Shown here one piece after another: positions 18,316 through 27,255 of a DNA stretch of 33,396 bases (position 1 is its first letter; each line of letters opens with the position of its first letter). Made by a program: the position numbers and the translations under genes. Source of the stretch: a virus (lineage: Duplodnaviria; Caudoviricetes); IMG/VR virus record IMGVR_UViG_3300005837_000440, positions 1-33,396 of that record. One strand, given 5' to 3'. Below the pieces are notes generated by a model. That model saw nothing but the letters and a program-made list of their open reading frames with translations, searched no databases and had not been told where the DNA came from.

Positions 18316-19241
18316 ACTTGTTCCTCCTTTTTGTTTGTTTCTTGTCTATACAGGGTTGCTATGAAGTAGTCCACGAAGGACCGACTCGATAGGGGCCATG
18401 TGTGCATTCGTAAAACGAAATCTCCCCACACAGACAAGAAGGTATATAATTGTTCTGCCTCAAAACCGACAGAAGTGGCATAATCATGGAGTTTTACCAT
18501 GACGCCGTGTATAGTTGCGTTGTTACTTGAAATCATTTCAAGCATAACTTTGTGAAGTTCTTCCCATTCACCCGCCGCAATCAACATCGCGGCCTTATCG
18601 AAGTCTGTTGAATTCGTTGGGAATGGTTTTCCACTCGTCAAGAAATTTTGCATTGCTCGCAAATCGTCACCGTAATGCAACTTAAGCAGTTTTGCATCTG
18701 CTTGAAGCATGCGTGGTGCGTCAATGATATTGTGGTCAAAGAGAAGTTGCACATAGGCGTCTATATCTTTTTCACTATAGTCACCGAACGTGAATTTCGT
18801 GCAACGTGATTGAAGCGCGGGGATGATTGCTGATATGTCATTGCATGTTAGAATGAAATTGACTTCGGATTTTTCCATGATTCGTCGTAGCGCTTCTTGT
18901 GCTTGTTTTGTTAGACCATCGGCCTCATCCAATAGAATCCATATCTGTCGCCAAAGAGGATTGCTTTGTGCTAACTCCTTGACCTTTGTTCTGATGTGGT
19001 CGATTCCGCGCTCATCAGAAGCGTTGAATTCGACAATCTCATGGTCGCATTCGTTAGCGATAACATAGGCGGCAGTCGTCTTACCCGTTCCGGGTGGACC
19101 TGCGAATAACATATGTCCTATGTCACGCTTGTTTTCTGTTTGCTTCCAATCGTCTACCCAATAGAAGGGTAGTTTCATACTATCTTTTCCGATGCACCAT
19201 TTGGCTCTTTTTGGTTTGTACATTTCGTTTTCACCACTCAT
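18312..19241 (-). CDS. rfcS: Replication factor C small subunit (clamp loader)
   Basis: GPPGTGKT, EFNASDERGID, LDEADGLT..AQEALRR, LQSRC. Confidence 0.92.
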   Translation of the reverse strand: MSGENEMYKPKRAKWCIGKDSMKLPFYWVDDWKQTENKRDIGHMLFAGPPGTGKTTAAYVIANECDHEIVEFNASDERGIDHIRTKVKELAQSNPLWRQIWILLDEADGLTKQAQEALRRIMEKSEVNFILTCNDISAIIPALQSRCTKFTFGDYSEKDIDAYVQLLFDHNIIDAPRMLQADAKLLKLHYGDDLRAMQNFLTSGKPFPTNSTDFDKAAMLIAAGEWEELHKVMLEMISSNNATIHGVMVKLHDYATSVGFEAEQLYTFLSVWGDFVLRMHTWPLSSRSFVDYFIATLYRQETNKKEEQV

Positions 19242-19276
19242 TAAGAAGAATCCAACGCGGGAGTATTTAAGGGGTC
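19242..19276 (-). promoter_or_regulatory. Archaeal TATA-like promoter of the RFC-PolB operon (probably leaderless)
   Basis: ACCCCTTAAATA on the minus strand; the box ends 22 nt before the ATG at 19241. Confidence 0.6.
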
Positions 19277-19293
19277 ATGCATGTTAGGGTGTT

Positions 19294-19390
19294 TGTAGGG
19301 AGAGGTAAGACGCTCTTTTTCCATGTGGCATTCCGACCTTCTCATCTTAATCAACTACGAGAAATGCCTCTCCCTACACCTTTTACGGTT
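19294..19390 (+). ncRNA. Candidate ~90-nt structured small RNA
   Basis: Perfect 12-bp terminal stem (TGTAGGGAGAGG 19294-19305 / CCTCTCCCTACA 19367-19378), TATTTAAG about 30 nt upstream, T-rich tract downstream. Strand and expression are inferred. Confidence 0.4.
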
Positions 19391-19467
19391 TTTCGGTTTT
19401 CCTACTGAAACAGTAAGTAAACTATTTTCTATTTCATTTTCGTGAGGGAAACAGGAAAACCGAAAAA
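19389..19467. repeat. Perfect 15-bp inverted repeat around a 49-bp AT-rich spacer (candidate origin/operator)
   Basis: TTTTTCGGTTTTCCT (19389-19403) and AGGAAAACCGAAAAA (19453-19467). Confidence 0.8.
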
Positions 19468-19498
19468 GGATTCACATAGAAGCGAAACGTCAAGTCTT

Positions 19499-19840
19499 CT
19501 ATTCAATCAATTCGATGGCGTCGATGATGTCTTGATACGTCGCCCGTCGTTTGTTCACCTCAAGTAAACGCAACATCTTCAACATCCCATCGGTGTCTTT
19601 GACGTACTGCTTGATAGGCGTCAATAGGCGTATCAGCATCATTATCTGTTCCTTGTCTTTGATGACCCTCGCAGTTATCCCCTGCGTCGATAACCACATA
19701 TTCAATTCGGGTTCGTCCTGTGGACTCACAATAACACGCCTCGCGATTCGATACCCGATTCGAGTTCGTGGTGCGAAATGGACGCTCGCTTGAAACCGAC
19801 ATTCTCTCGCCAACCACGCAAGGAAGAAGTCGTCATTCAT
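19499..19840 (-). CDS. Degenerate single-motif LAGLIDADG-like protein
   Basis: FLAWLARECRF...RIGYRIARRVIVSPQD...LIRLLTP resembles the YLAGFxDGEGxF...GYRV...VxQ pattern of LAGLIDADG homing endonucleases. Confidence 0.5.
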   Translation of the reverse strand: MNDDFFLAWLARECRFQASVHFAPRTRIGYRIARRVIVSPQDEPELNMWLSTQGITARVIKDKEQIMMLIRLLTPIKQYVKDTDGMLKMLRLLEVNKRRATYQDIIDAIELIE

Positions 19841-21161
19841 CGTTCGTCCTCTCCATCAAGTCACCGATTTGAATGGCGTCGTACATACCGAGTGTGGTAT
19901 CCAATCGAATTAAATAAGGCGCGCGAAGGATGTTCTTCTCTCTATCGAATTTCAAGGCATGGAAGATGCCGACAGTACCATCGTCGCATTCCCTGTACAC
20001 ATTCGACTCCATCATGTACGACAGCGAGTGAGGTAATGCATCTTCTGCGACAAAGGCGTATCCGATGGGGTATGGTTCAAACCCATCAAGCGCCCCTATC
20101 TTCATTCTCACGCCCTCACTATCACGCTTACCACCGAGTATCAGAAGCGGTAGGTCAAAGGTTCGACGTGGTACAATGAAACCACCCACAGCGCCACTAT
20201 GAAAGTACGGGCGGTCACCATCAATCAGACGCAACGTTTCGTATCGCTCCAACGATTCGACTAACGTGCGAAGATGTTTCTTCGATTCGACCACGCGCGA
20301 ATTAGTACATCTTTCTATACGGTTCGACCTCCACAAATCCGGCGCATCGTCGCGGTACAACCATTCAACCAACGTACCTTCCCCGTCTACCTCCGCAACA
20401 AAATCAAATTCTCCATCAATGTCGCATTCGACATGGGACACGTTCGCGCCCCTATCAAAACAAAATACCCTCCCGTTCTTCCGATGAACAAAGTGGTGTT
20501 GTGATTTGATTATCTCGTAATGTGTATTTGAAAATGGGAGTGACCAATACGGCCAACGCGAATACTTCGGTCCAATGAAAGCGAAGCATGGTTCGATTGT
20601 GTGGTTATCAGACAAATCGCCCATGAAGGCTTTGAGGATGACATCATGAGAAGGCATGATTGTTCGCGCGTTCATCAACCTATCTCTTGAATAGTCGGTC
20701 TTGGTACAGACGCCACCCATGATGTTCGTATAATTGATGAGCGTTCGACCAAAACAGAATCCCCAAAACACAGTAGCGGCGATTCGACTCATGGACTTGA
20801 ATAGGATGTCAGCATTGACATTCTCTCCATCCACGATTGATTGTTTTAATTGACGCGCCTCTAAGAGTGTGAGTGATGATTCGACAACGGCGGGTGATTC
20901 ATCAGCGAGGATGAGTGGGAGTTCCTTTTCTTCCCACAGGTCATCGTACTCTTCGGGGAATATACCGTAGGTGGTGTTGATGAGCGTGAGGATGTGATTC
21001 GACTTCACACGGTCTTTCGGAGTGGCGCAAACAATTTTGATAATGTCTTCAAGATGATGAGGGTTAGCATACAGCATATCTCCTATGAGTTGATACTTCT
21101 CACTTTTCGTCCGCGCGGTTTGGACAGCCGCGACACAAGATGCTAAAGACTCAAGATTCAT
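19833..21161 (-). CDS. ATP-dependent DNA ligase-like protein, degenerate active site
   Basis: N-terminal helical DBD-like region (RTKSEK..LI), VHRKNGRVFCFDR, FDLPLLILGG, C-terminal LRAPYLIRLD (cf. LRFPRF.R.R.D). No KxDG. Confidence 0.6.
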   Translation of the reverse strand: MNLESLASCVAAVQTARTKSEKYQLIGDMLYANPHHLEDIIKIVCATPKDRVKSNHILTLINTTYGIFPEEYDDLWEEKELPLILADESPAVVESSLTLLEARQLKQSIVDGENVNADILFKSMSRIAATVFWGFCFGRTLINYTNIMGGVCTKTDYSRDRLMNARTIMPSHDVILKAFMGDLSDNHTIEPCFAFIGPKYSRWPYWSLPFSNTHYEIIKSQHHFVHRKNGRVFCFDRGANVSHVECDIDGEFDFVAEVDGEGTLVEWLYRDDAPDLWRSNRIERCTNSRVVESKKHLRTLVESLERYETLRLIDGDRPYFHSGAVGGFIVPRRTFDLPLLILGGKRDSEGVRMKIGALDGFEPYPIGYAFVAEDALPHSLSYMMESNVYRECDDGTVGIFHALKFDREKNILRAPYLIRLDTTLGMYDAIQIGDLMERTNDE

Positions 21162-21850
21162 TCTTCCTCATCCACGTCAAGATTGTTCAACGCGGACACT
21201 AACATGCCTCTCATGTGTGGTGGCACATCGGAATCCATATACTTGCTACCGAGTAGAATCACAGTTTCATTAACAATGTGATGTAGAAGCGAGTCGTTGT
21301 CTGACAATTCGATTGCCTCACCACGCTCGATGACACGAAGTCCGCGCCAATTGAAAAACAAATCATCACCCGCTATGAGATGGTAGTCCATCGGCGTCAT
21401 CAAGACCTCATGCACTTCACCTTCTTCTTCATCGTTCGGATGGGTTACACGCACAGTCCATTGGTCAATGATGACAGGCTCCCCGTTCTCATCTACGGAT
21501 GGTACAGCATGCATAGTCCATTCGGGGTTATCCAAATCAAAATTGATAAGCGGTATCCCCGATTCGGGATGCGCCCACGCTTCCGCCGCTTTTTGAGCCG
21601 CGCTGATTGGGTCTTCGATGAGTTCAGCACCTTCGATATTGAATTCGACTTGAATCTCATCACACACTTTCGATAGGCGTTCGACTGCCATAGCCGATTC
21701 GACAGGATATTGACGCAATGTCAATTCCTTTTCAGCAGTCTTTTCCAACAGCGCACCGCTAACAGACCATGTGTCACCAACGGCCATACTACTAAAGTGG
21801 TTATCTGTCCAATCTAAATCTTCTTTCTGTGGTTGCCAATCGTCAATCAA
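21158..21850 (-). CDS. Acidic hypothetical protein
   Basis: 230-aa ORF, overlap-coupled. Confidence 0.7.
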   Translation of the reverse strand: MIDDWQPQKEDLDWTDNHFSSMAVGDTWSVSGALLEKTAEKELTLRQYPVESAMAVERLSKVCDEIQVEFNIEGAELIEDPISAAQKAAEAWAHPESGIPLINFDLDNPEWTMHAVPSVDENGEPVIIDQWTVRVTHPNDEEEGEVHEVLMTPMDYHLIAGDDLFFNWRGLRVIERGEAIELSDNDSLLHHIVNETVILLGSKYMDSDVPPHMRGMLVSALNNLDVDEEE

Positions 21851-22178
21851 GTTCCATCACCTCTACTGTGTTTTCAAAGAAGACTGCGCTATCGCAACAT
21901 TTTGCAGGGTACAACGTGCTACCATCCTTCAACAAAAGACAGACGCTATCGGCACTAACGGCCTCACCACAAATACAATGCGCATCACCGAGAGCGATGA
22001 AAGCGTATTCGTAAGCGATGACATTGACGTACTCCCCATCTTTCTTGATGTTGAGTTTATCCATGCGCACTTTGCTACCATCGGGTCGTACAATCTCGCC
22101 TGTATCGCTGATGCTCTCAACTTTGAGTTTGTATTTGCGCATCACAAACAACCTTCTTCGTTCACCCGAAGTTGGCAT
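21843..22178 (-). CDS. Hypothetical protein with C-terminal Cys motifs
   Basis: HCICG...AKCC; GGAAAG upstream. Confidence 0.6.
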   Translation of the reverse strand: MPTSGERRRLFVMRKYKLKVESISDTGEIVRPDGSKVRMDKLNIKKDGEYVNVIAYEYAFIALGDAHCICGEAVSADSVCLLLKDGSTLYPAKCCDSAVFFENTVEVMELD

Positions 22179-22184
22179 AGGATA

Positions 22185-22391
22185 TTATCTTTCCTTCACC
22201 CACGCAGGGAGGAATACCATACTTGTATTCCAAACACCTGCACAGGTTTCGCAATGAATATCGGTATGGTCAAACACGCCTTCATGCGCTGTTCTGAATA
22301 TCATCATGTCAGCCAACGGTATGCATCCGTTCGGACATTGTGTCTTGAGAATCATCACATCAAGTGGTTCGGCTTCTACAGTCGCACTCAT
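22185..22391 (-). CDS. Small Zn-ribbon protein
   Basis: CPNGC...CETC. Confidence 0.6.
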   Translation of the reverse strand: MSATVEAEPLDVMILKTQCPNGCIPLADMMIFRTAHEGVFDHTDIHCETCAGVWNTSMVFLPAWVKER

Positions 22392-22546
22392 TCTTCTTCC
22401 TCCAATATCTTTTCAATCTCATCAGCGTGTGAGTCTATGATTTGCTTCTCTTCGTTACCGCAGTCCTTTCTCATACAGAATCGGAAACCTGCTCGTCGTG
22501 AATTAGTACAGTTGCGCTTGTGACATGGTTCTTGAAACAATCTCAT
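22388..22546 (-). CDS. Small Cys4 protein
   Basis: CHKRNC...FCMRKDC; start MRLF overlaps the helicase stop. Confidence 0.55.
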   Translation of the reverse strand: MRLFQEPCHKRNCTNSRRAGFRFCMRKDCGNEEKQIIDSHADEIEKILEEEE

Positions 22547-24507
22547 ATGATGCTCACCTTCCCTTCTTTCAATTTCTTCGTTAATTCCTTGACAACAGTA
22601 AAGCGCCAACCGCTTGAACCGTCGAGGGATTGCTTGACGATTCCCGCTTTCGCGGCAACCACCTCATCGAACATTGTGTCGATAGTATCCTTCGCGCTCA
22701 GTATAACTTGATGACATGTTGCACTCTCTTGTGTCATACGTCGCACTCTCGCCGCCGCCTGTTGCTCCCATGCGGGAACCCATTCGCGCTCAACGAAGAG
22801 TGTGGTGTTTGCTCGGTCAAGATTGACTCCTTCCTTCATAGCCATTATAGAACAGATGAGGAATTCAGAACCACCTGCTTGAAACTCATCAACGATGATT
22901 TGTCGTTCGTCGTGTGGTGTTTCGCCACAAATAACGCGGATGGTCTTGTGTTCATCATAGAACGTATCCAACTTCTCGTAGAGTATATCAAGAACGTCCA
23001 TGTGATGTGCGAAGATGACAAGCGGTCTACCTGTTTGGTCGTGGTAATCAGTCGCCCACTTGACCGCCGCTTCTGTTTTGAGTCGCCCTGCGATATGGCG
23101 TAGTTCAGTCATCATGTTGAGTGTGAACCCTGCGTCTGTCGTACCCCAATTTACCTTTTGCTTTTGCCACTCTTCCATCCATGAATTGTACTCAATCTTG
23201 TATGCCTTCTGTGCCTGTTCGGGTAGGTCAATCTCAATGATGGACTGTACCAAGTCGGGCATGTCTTTGCTGATGCGTGGGTCGTCCATCGAACGACGTA
23301 GCATGAAGTCACGGAGCAATGTGTTGAGAGGTGGTGTGCCATCAAGACTGTGTTCGATGTTGCTCGCGCCACTAAAATCCCAATGCCCGTAGTCTGTTCG
23401 ACGTGCATTACAGTAGCGCTGTGCAAATGTCCAAAAGTTTCCAAACTGCGCAGGTAACATCATGTTCAACGGAGTGAAGAATTCACTCGGTCTGTTGAGG
23501 ATAGGTGTTCCCGACAACGCAATGATGCCATCGACTCCCTTAGCGAGAGCGAGCGCGGCTTTGGTACGTTGCGACTTCTGATTCTTCAAGGCGTGAACCT
23601 CATCAAAGATGATGCAATCATAACCTTGTTCCATCAATTGTTCTTTGCGCTTATGCAAAATATCGTAGTTGATAATGTTGAATCGTGCCACGCTAATGAT
23701 ACCCTGCCATCCATTGATGATGAAGGTTGAACACGCGTTAGCCGTGTGATTCAACCACTTATCAATTTCGTTCGCCCAATTGTGTTTAACAATCGAAGGG
23801 CAAACAATCAAAACGCGTTTATGCTCACCCAATACAACAGAACCAAGCGCTTGAAGCGATTTACCAAGACCCATTTCATCTGAGATGAGAATACGTTTGC
23901 GTCCACCTGTCATATACATGACGGGCGCAACTCGTTGGTAAGGTCGCATACTGTTGAACGGTTCTTTGTCGGGCAACTCGACGTCTGTATCAACAGCGCT
24001 TGACAATTCGATTCGCTGAATCGTTTCGGCCTGTGCTGTGTGTACTTGAGGGCAAGCCTCGATAGCATCAGCAAGTGGTGCGTAGTGTGGTCGGATAGCA
24101 TTCGCTACTGCAACTGCGGTGTTTACAGGGATTGTCCACTTCTTCGTCTTACCATTGAAGCGAGCATTACCTGCCGCCGCTTGTTTCATACTCGCGTTGA
24201 TGTCCTTGTGGTTGGGTTGGTATCCCCATTTCATCACCAACTTGTCGGGATGTGCGAAGACAACTGTGATGTCACTCGCGCAATCCTCAGATGACAGACC
24301 ATCAATCGTCAATCCGTTGATGGTTAGTATCTGTATCGCCATGTCGATGACTTGTGGTACATCCTGTAGTGACCAATTCTTACCATCCCACTTCGTCTTA
24401 GGGAATGGCATCTCGGCTTTCAGTTCTTGACTTACGTTGAACGGGATTGTTGCGAGTCGTACTCGCCCACCCCAATCATCTTTGTATCGCGTCCATGTTA
24501 CGTTCAT
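22543..24507 (-). CDS. SNF2-family (SMARCAL1/HARP-like) SF2 helicase
   Basis: RPYQ, DEMGLGKS, DEVH, LSGTP, LRR, EGVNL, QAAARVRRMTQ; two N-terminal HARP-like (W/F)xG..W repeats. Confidence 0.9.
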   Translation of the reverse strand: MNVTWTRYKDDWGGRVRLATIPFNVSQELKAEMPFPKTKWDGKNWSLQDVPQVIDMAIQILTINGLTIDGLSSEDCASDITVVFAHPDKLVMKWGYQPNHKDINASMKQAAAGNARFNGKTKKWTIPVNTAVAVANAIRPHYAPLADAIEACPQVHTAQAETIQRIELSSAVDTDVELPDKEPFNSMRPYQRVAPVMYMTGGRKRILISDEMGLGKSLQALGSVVLGEHKRVLIVCPSIVKHNWANEIDKWLNHTANACSTFIINGWQGIISVARFNIINYDILHKRKEQLMEQGYDCIIFDEVHALKNQKSQRTKAALALAKGVDGIIALSGTPILNRPSEFFTPLNMMLPAQFGNFWTFAQRYCNARRTDYGHWDFSGASNIEHSLDGTPPLNTLLRDFMLRRSMDDPRISKDMPDLVQSIIEIDLPEQAQKAYKIEYNSWMEEWQKQKVNWGTTDAGFTLNMMTELRHIAGRLKTEAAVKWATDYHDQTGRPLVIFAHHMDVLDILYEKLDTFYDEHKTIRVICGETPHDERQIIVDEFQAGGSEFLICSIMAMKEGVNLDRANTTLFVEREWVPAWEQQAAARVRRMTQESATCHQVILSAKDTIDTMFDEVVAAKAGIVKQSLDGSSGWRFTVVKELTKKLKEGKVSII

Positions 24508-25097
24508 TCTTCCTCATCCTCCCCGTTGATAATATCCATGACTATCCATGCGTCATCAATATCCATACCACCGTTTTCCGCATGGTCGCGTATCTTGTTC
24601 AGTTTGATTGTTTCTGTCGTTCCTGTCGTAAGCATAGCGTAGTAATCATCCGACGTGCCTTCGGCGAGTATGTTACCATCGCCCCATTCATCAGTCTTGA
24701 AATTTGGATAGTGTGTGAGTTGCATGTGGAACACGTTCATCGGTGTTGTCCAAAACATCCAAGCCTCGCGGAGTGTAGGGAAGTAGTGCGATTGGTCAGA
24801 ACAACCAAGCGCGCCTCCTTCTTTGTACGCTTCGACATCTTCGGGTCCTTCTGTCCATATGTCGATGGCGAATTCGTTACCCACTTCTTCTTCGATTGGT
24901 CCACAAATCATTTCTTCAATATCACGCATTCGTTCAAGAACAAGTGTAGGCCATCCTCCACCATGAATGGTTTTGGATTGATTAAACATCTGCGTCTGTA
25001 GCATATCCCAACATTGCTCGTATCGAGTCATGGCTGTTTCGCGTAAATGCGGTGTTTCAATCTCAATGTGGTTCTCTATGTAATCATCGGGCATCAT
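24504..25097 (-). CDS. Acidic hypothetical protein
   Basis: 197-aa ORF, ATGA-coupled. Confidence 0.65.
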   Translation of the reverse strand: MMPDDYIENHIEIETPHLRETAMTRYEQCWDMLQTQMFNQSKTIHGGGWPTLVLERMRDIEEMICGPIEEEVGNEFAIDIWTEGPEDVEAYKEGGALGCSDQSHYFPTLREAWMFWTTPMNVFHMQLTHYPNFKTDEWGDGNILAEGTSDDYYAMLTTGTTETIKLNKIRDHAENGGMDIDDAWIVMDIINGEDEEE

Positions 25098-25429
25098 TCT
25101 TCCTCCCTCCCGTTGAGAAAATCCTCGACGCTTATGCGTCCTTCATTCTCAAATCCAAGTGTTAAGTATATCTTCTTGAAGTCGCTGTTCACAAAGGCGT
25201 GGCACTTCGTACAACTCATTTGTATAGAATCTTTTAATCGAAACAGATTATGCTTCGGTTGGTTAAGCAGTTGCCAATGGTGACCATTGACCTCGCATTC
25301 CTCCAACAGTTTGATGACAGACAGACGCGCTTCGATTGCTCGCGCTTTGTCCATCATCTCCGTTTGTATGTGGTTCATTTCATCGTTCAGTTTCTTCAAT
25401 TGTTTTGCTGTGTGTTCGTTCAGTTTCAT
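25094..25429 (-). CDS. Coiled-coil plus Zn-finger hypothetical protein
   Basis: CEVNGHHW...CTKC. Confidence 0.65.
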   Translation of the reverse strand: MKLNEHTAKQLKKLNDEMNHIQTEMMDKARAIEARLSVIKLLEECEVNGHHWQLLNQPKHNLFRLKDSIQMSCTKCHAFVNSDFKKIYLTLGFENEGRISVEDFLNGREEE

Positions 25430-25995
25430 ATTGTCATCTCCATTTGTTCTTGTTTTGTTTCGGGTAATTTGAAATTAGGATTCCACCATGAAGGCGGGTC
25501 TGTTCCGTGATTCCATGTAGCAAACCTGCGCTTGTCTAACATGTAGAATACTCGATAAGCAATGACCGTGTTCGGGAACACTTCGGTGTCAAGCAAATCG
25601 GGATAGGTTTCTTTCTTGATAGCGCGAGCGAAAGGTGTCAATTCGCCTTCGGGTATCTTGTCCATCAATCCACATAGGTGTATGATTTTGGGGGCGCATG
25701 AATGCGCCTTACCGTATCGTTGGTAAAATTCTTCGGACAAAGCAATAGCATGCCAACATAGCCATTCGTAATTAGCGCGAGTATCACCCGCCCATACTGT
25801 ACAGGGGTGCTTGTGATAACCACCCTTGTACGGTTTACCTTTGTCGGTTAGTGGTAGTTCGTTCGGTTGAGCGCCATGTCGAATGACAGCACTCGCAAGC
25901 ATCTGTGTCGCTTCCAACGTCATCTTACTTGCATGCACGTCACATACGGACTGCGCCGCAATGACGGGGTTTCTGTGTAAAGCAAATATGTTCAT
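25426..25995 (-). CDS. Pyrimidine-dimer DNA glycosylase (T4 endonuclease V/DenV-like family)
   Basis: MNIFAL...AA...CD.H..KM.LE..QML, HKHPCTVW, NYEWL, EF..RYGK.H, AYR.FY, P.WW. Confidence 0.8.
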   Translation of the reverse strand: MNIFALHRNPVIAAQSVCDVHASKMTLEATQMLASAVIRHGAQPNELPLTDKGKPYKGGYHKHPCTVWAGDTRANYEWLCWHAIALSEEFYQRYGKAHSCAPKIIHLCGLMDKIPEGELTPFARAIKKETYPDLLDTEVFPNTVIAYRVFYMLDKRRFATWNHGTDPPSWWNPNFKLPETKQEQMEMTI

Positions 25996-26004
25996 TGTAT
26001 CATC

Positions 26005-26250
26005 TCATTGGTGGTCTACAACCCATTGTTCTTCTGTATCAGCGAGGCAACTGCCATCACCTTCATCTGTAATGTGTACTCTTTGGTTCGCACCCCATAG
26101 ATTAAGCGCGAAATACAAACCACAAGCAGGGCAATGGAATTCAATGACCGATTCTATAGACATCAGTTCACCCGATAGTTCGGGTGCATCGAAGTTATGG
26201 TGTTGTCCGTGTATGTACATGAAATCATCCTTACTCATGTCAGTCATCAC
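26005..26250 (-). CDS. Small hypothetical protein
   Basis: HCPACG; ATGA-coupled. Confidence 0.55.
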   Translation of the reverse strand: MMTDMSKDDFMYIHGQHHNFDAPELSGELMSIESVIEFHCPACGLYFALNLWGANQRVHITDEGDGSCLADTEEQWVVDHQ

Positions 26251-26684
26251 TCATCGCCTCCGAACATTTCATAGTAGAAACTTTTCAACGACGCGGGTTG
26301 GTAATCAAACACATCGCAGTAGCGCTGTAACCCTGCTTGCAAATCGTCAAAGTCACCATCGCTTGAGATGATGGCTTCGGGTACATGGTTCTTGAGTGAA
26401 AGATAACATGCAACAATGTATTCATCGTAATCCATCTGTCTTGTTTTGGTGAAGATAAGCGTTCTACCTTTACCTTGTTCATAATCTCGACCTTGAGGAT
26501 TGCGTTCAACTTCAAACCATTCATAAGGGCCTTGCACTTGAATCAAATTGTCATCGAGCCATGCCTGTTTATTCATCCATTCACCCGATTCACAGATGAC
26601 TTGTATGTCTTCTTTGAGGTCTTCCCATGCATGTTTTTCGATTGGCGCTAACGGGACATATGCGTAATGCGTGTAACCCATCAA
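26247..26684 (-). CDS. Conserved phage-type hypothetical protein
   Basis: MGYTHY...FTKT....YD...SSDG pattern recurs in phage early regions (recognised from memory). Confidence 0.65.
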   Translation of the reverse strand: MMGYTHYAYVPLAPIEKHAWEDLKEDIQVICESGEWMNKQAWLDDNLIQVQGPYEWFEVERNPQGRDYEQGKGRTLIFTKTRQMDYDEYIVACYLSLKNHVPEAIISSDGDFDDLQAGLQRYCDVFDYQPASLKSFYYEMFGGDE

Positions 26685-26956
26685 GCATCAACTCCGTACA
26701 GTTTGTCGAACAATCCTTCGTTTTCATGTCGAGGCGCGAGTAGTGTTCGCTTCAATTCTTCGTAGTTGTGCATCCAATTCGCTACAATTTTTACTGAAGC
26801 CCTGCTTCCTATGTTATCGAAAGCGTCTTGTAGATAGGCGGGAGAACCAAACATGTTGGTAACTCCGCTTTCTCGTAGGTCTTCTAAGAATATGTAGTAT
26901 TCTTTCCATTCGTGCTTTATTGGTTTTTCATTGTCAGTCATTGTATCAATCTCCAT
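26681..26956 (-). CDS. Hypothetical protein (DUF5049-like LRESGVTNMF motif)
   Basis: FLEDLRESGVTNMFG. Confidence 0.55.
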   Translation of the reverse strand: MEIDTMTDNEKPIKHEWKEYYIFLEDLRESGVTNMFGSPAYLQDAFDNIGSRASVKIVANWMHNYEELKRTLLAPRHENEGLFDKLYGVDA

Positions 26957-27255
26957 TGGTTTGTCTTTCCTTGTTGTTTTCTTTTTTGTTTATCGACTCG
27001 TTCAAAGTCGGGGCTTTTCCTTAGCACATAGTTTAATTTGTACTTGTTAGGAATAGATGCGCGTCTACCTGTTCTTGTTGGTACACCCGCAATCCATTCA
27101 CATGCTGTCTTAGCATGGAATGGTTGGGTCAAATCTTGACCGCAGTTCTTCAAAGCGTTAAGCCATTGTCGCTCAACACTCGTAATCGTTACACTTCGGG
27201 TCGCGCCCATCCTGTGTCCGTATTGGAAGTAGAGTGATGTAGACATCATTCCCAC
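26938..27255 (-). CDS. Basic, possibly winged-helix DNA-binding protein
   Basis: Basic 105 aa, IPNKYKLNYVLRKSPDFERV; fold is a guess. Confidence 0.5.
   Translation of the reverse strand: MGMMSTSLYFQYGHRMGATRSVTITSVERQWLNALKNCGQDLTQPFHAKTACEWIAGVPTRTGRRASIPNKYKLNYVLRKSPDFERVDKQKRKQQGKTNQWRLIQ

Noticed and set aside
21771-22523. Long + strand ORFs (21771..22523, 24447..25001, 29214..29909) and - strand ORF 1154..1783
   Set aside because: Antisense shadows of well-coupled genes, with no recognisable motifs or RBS.
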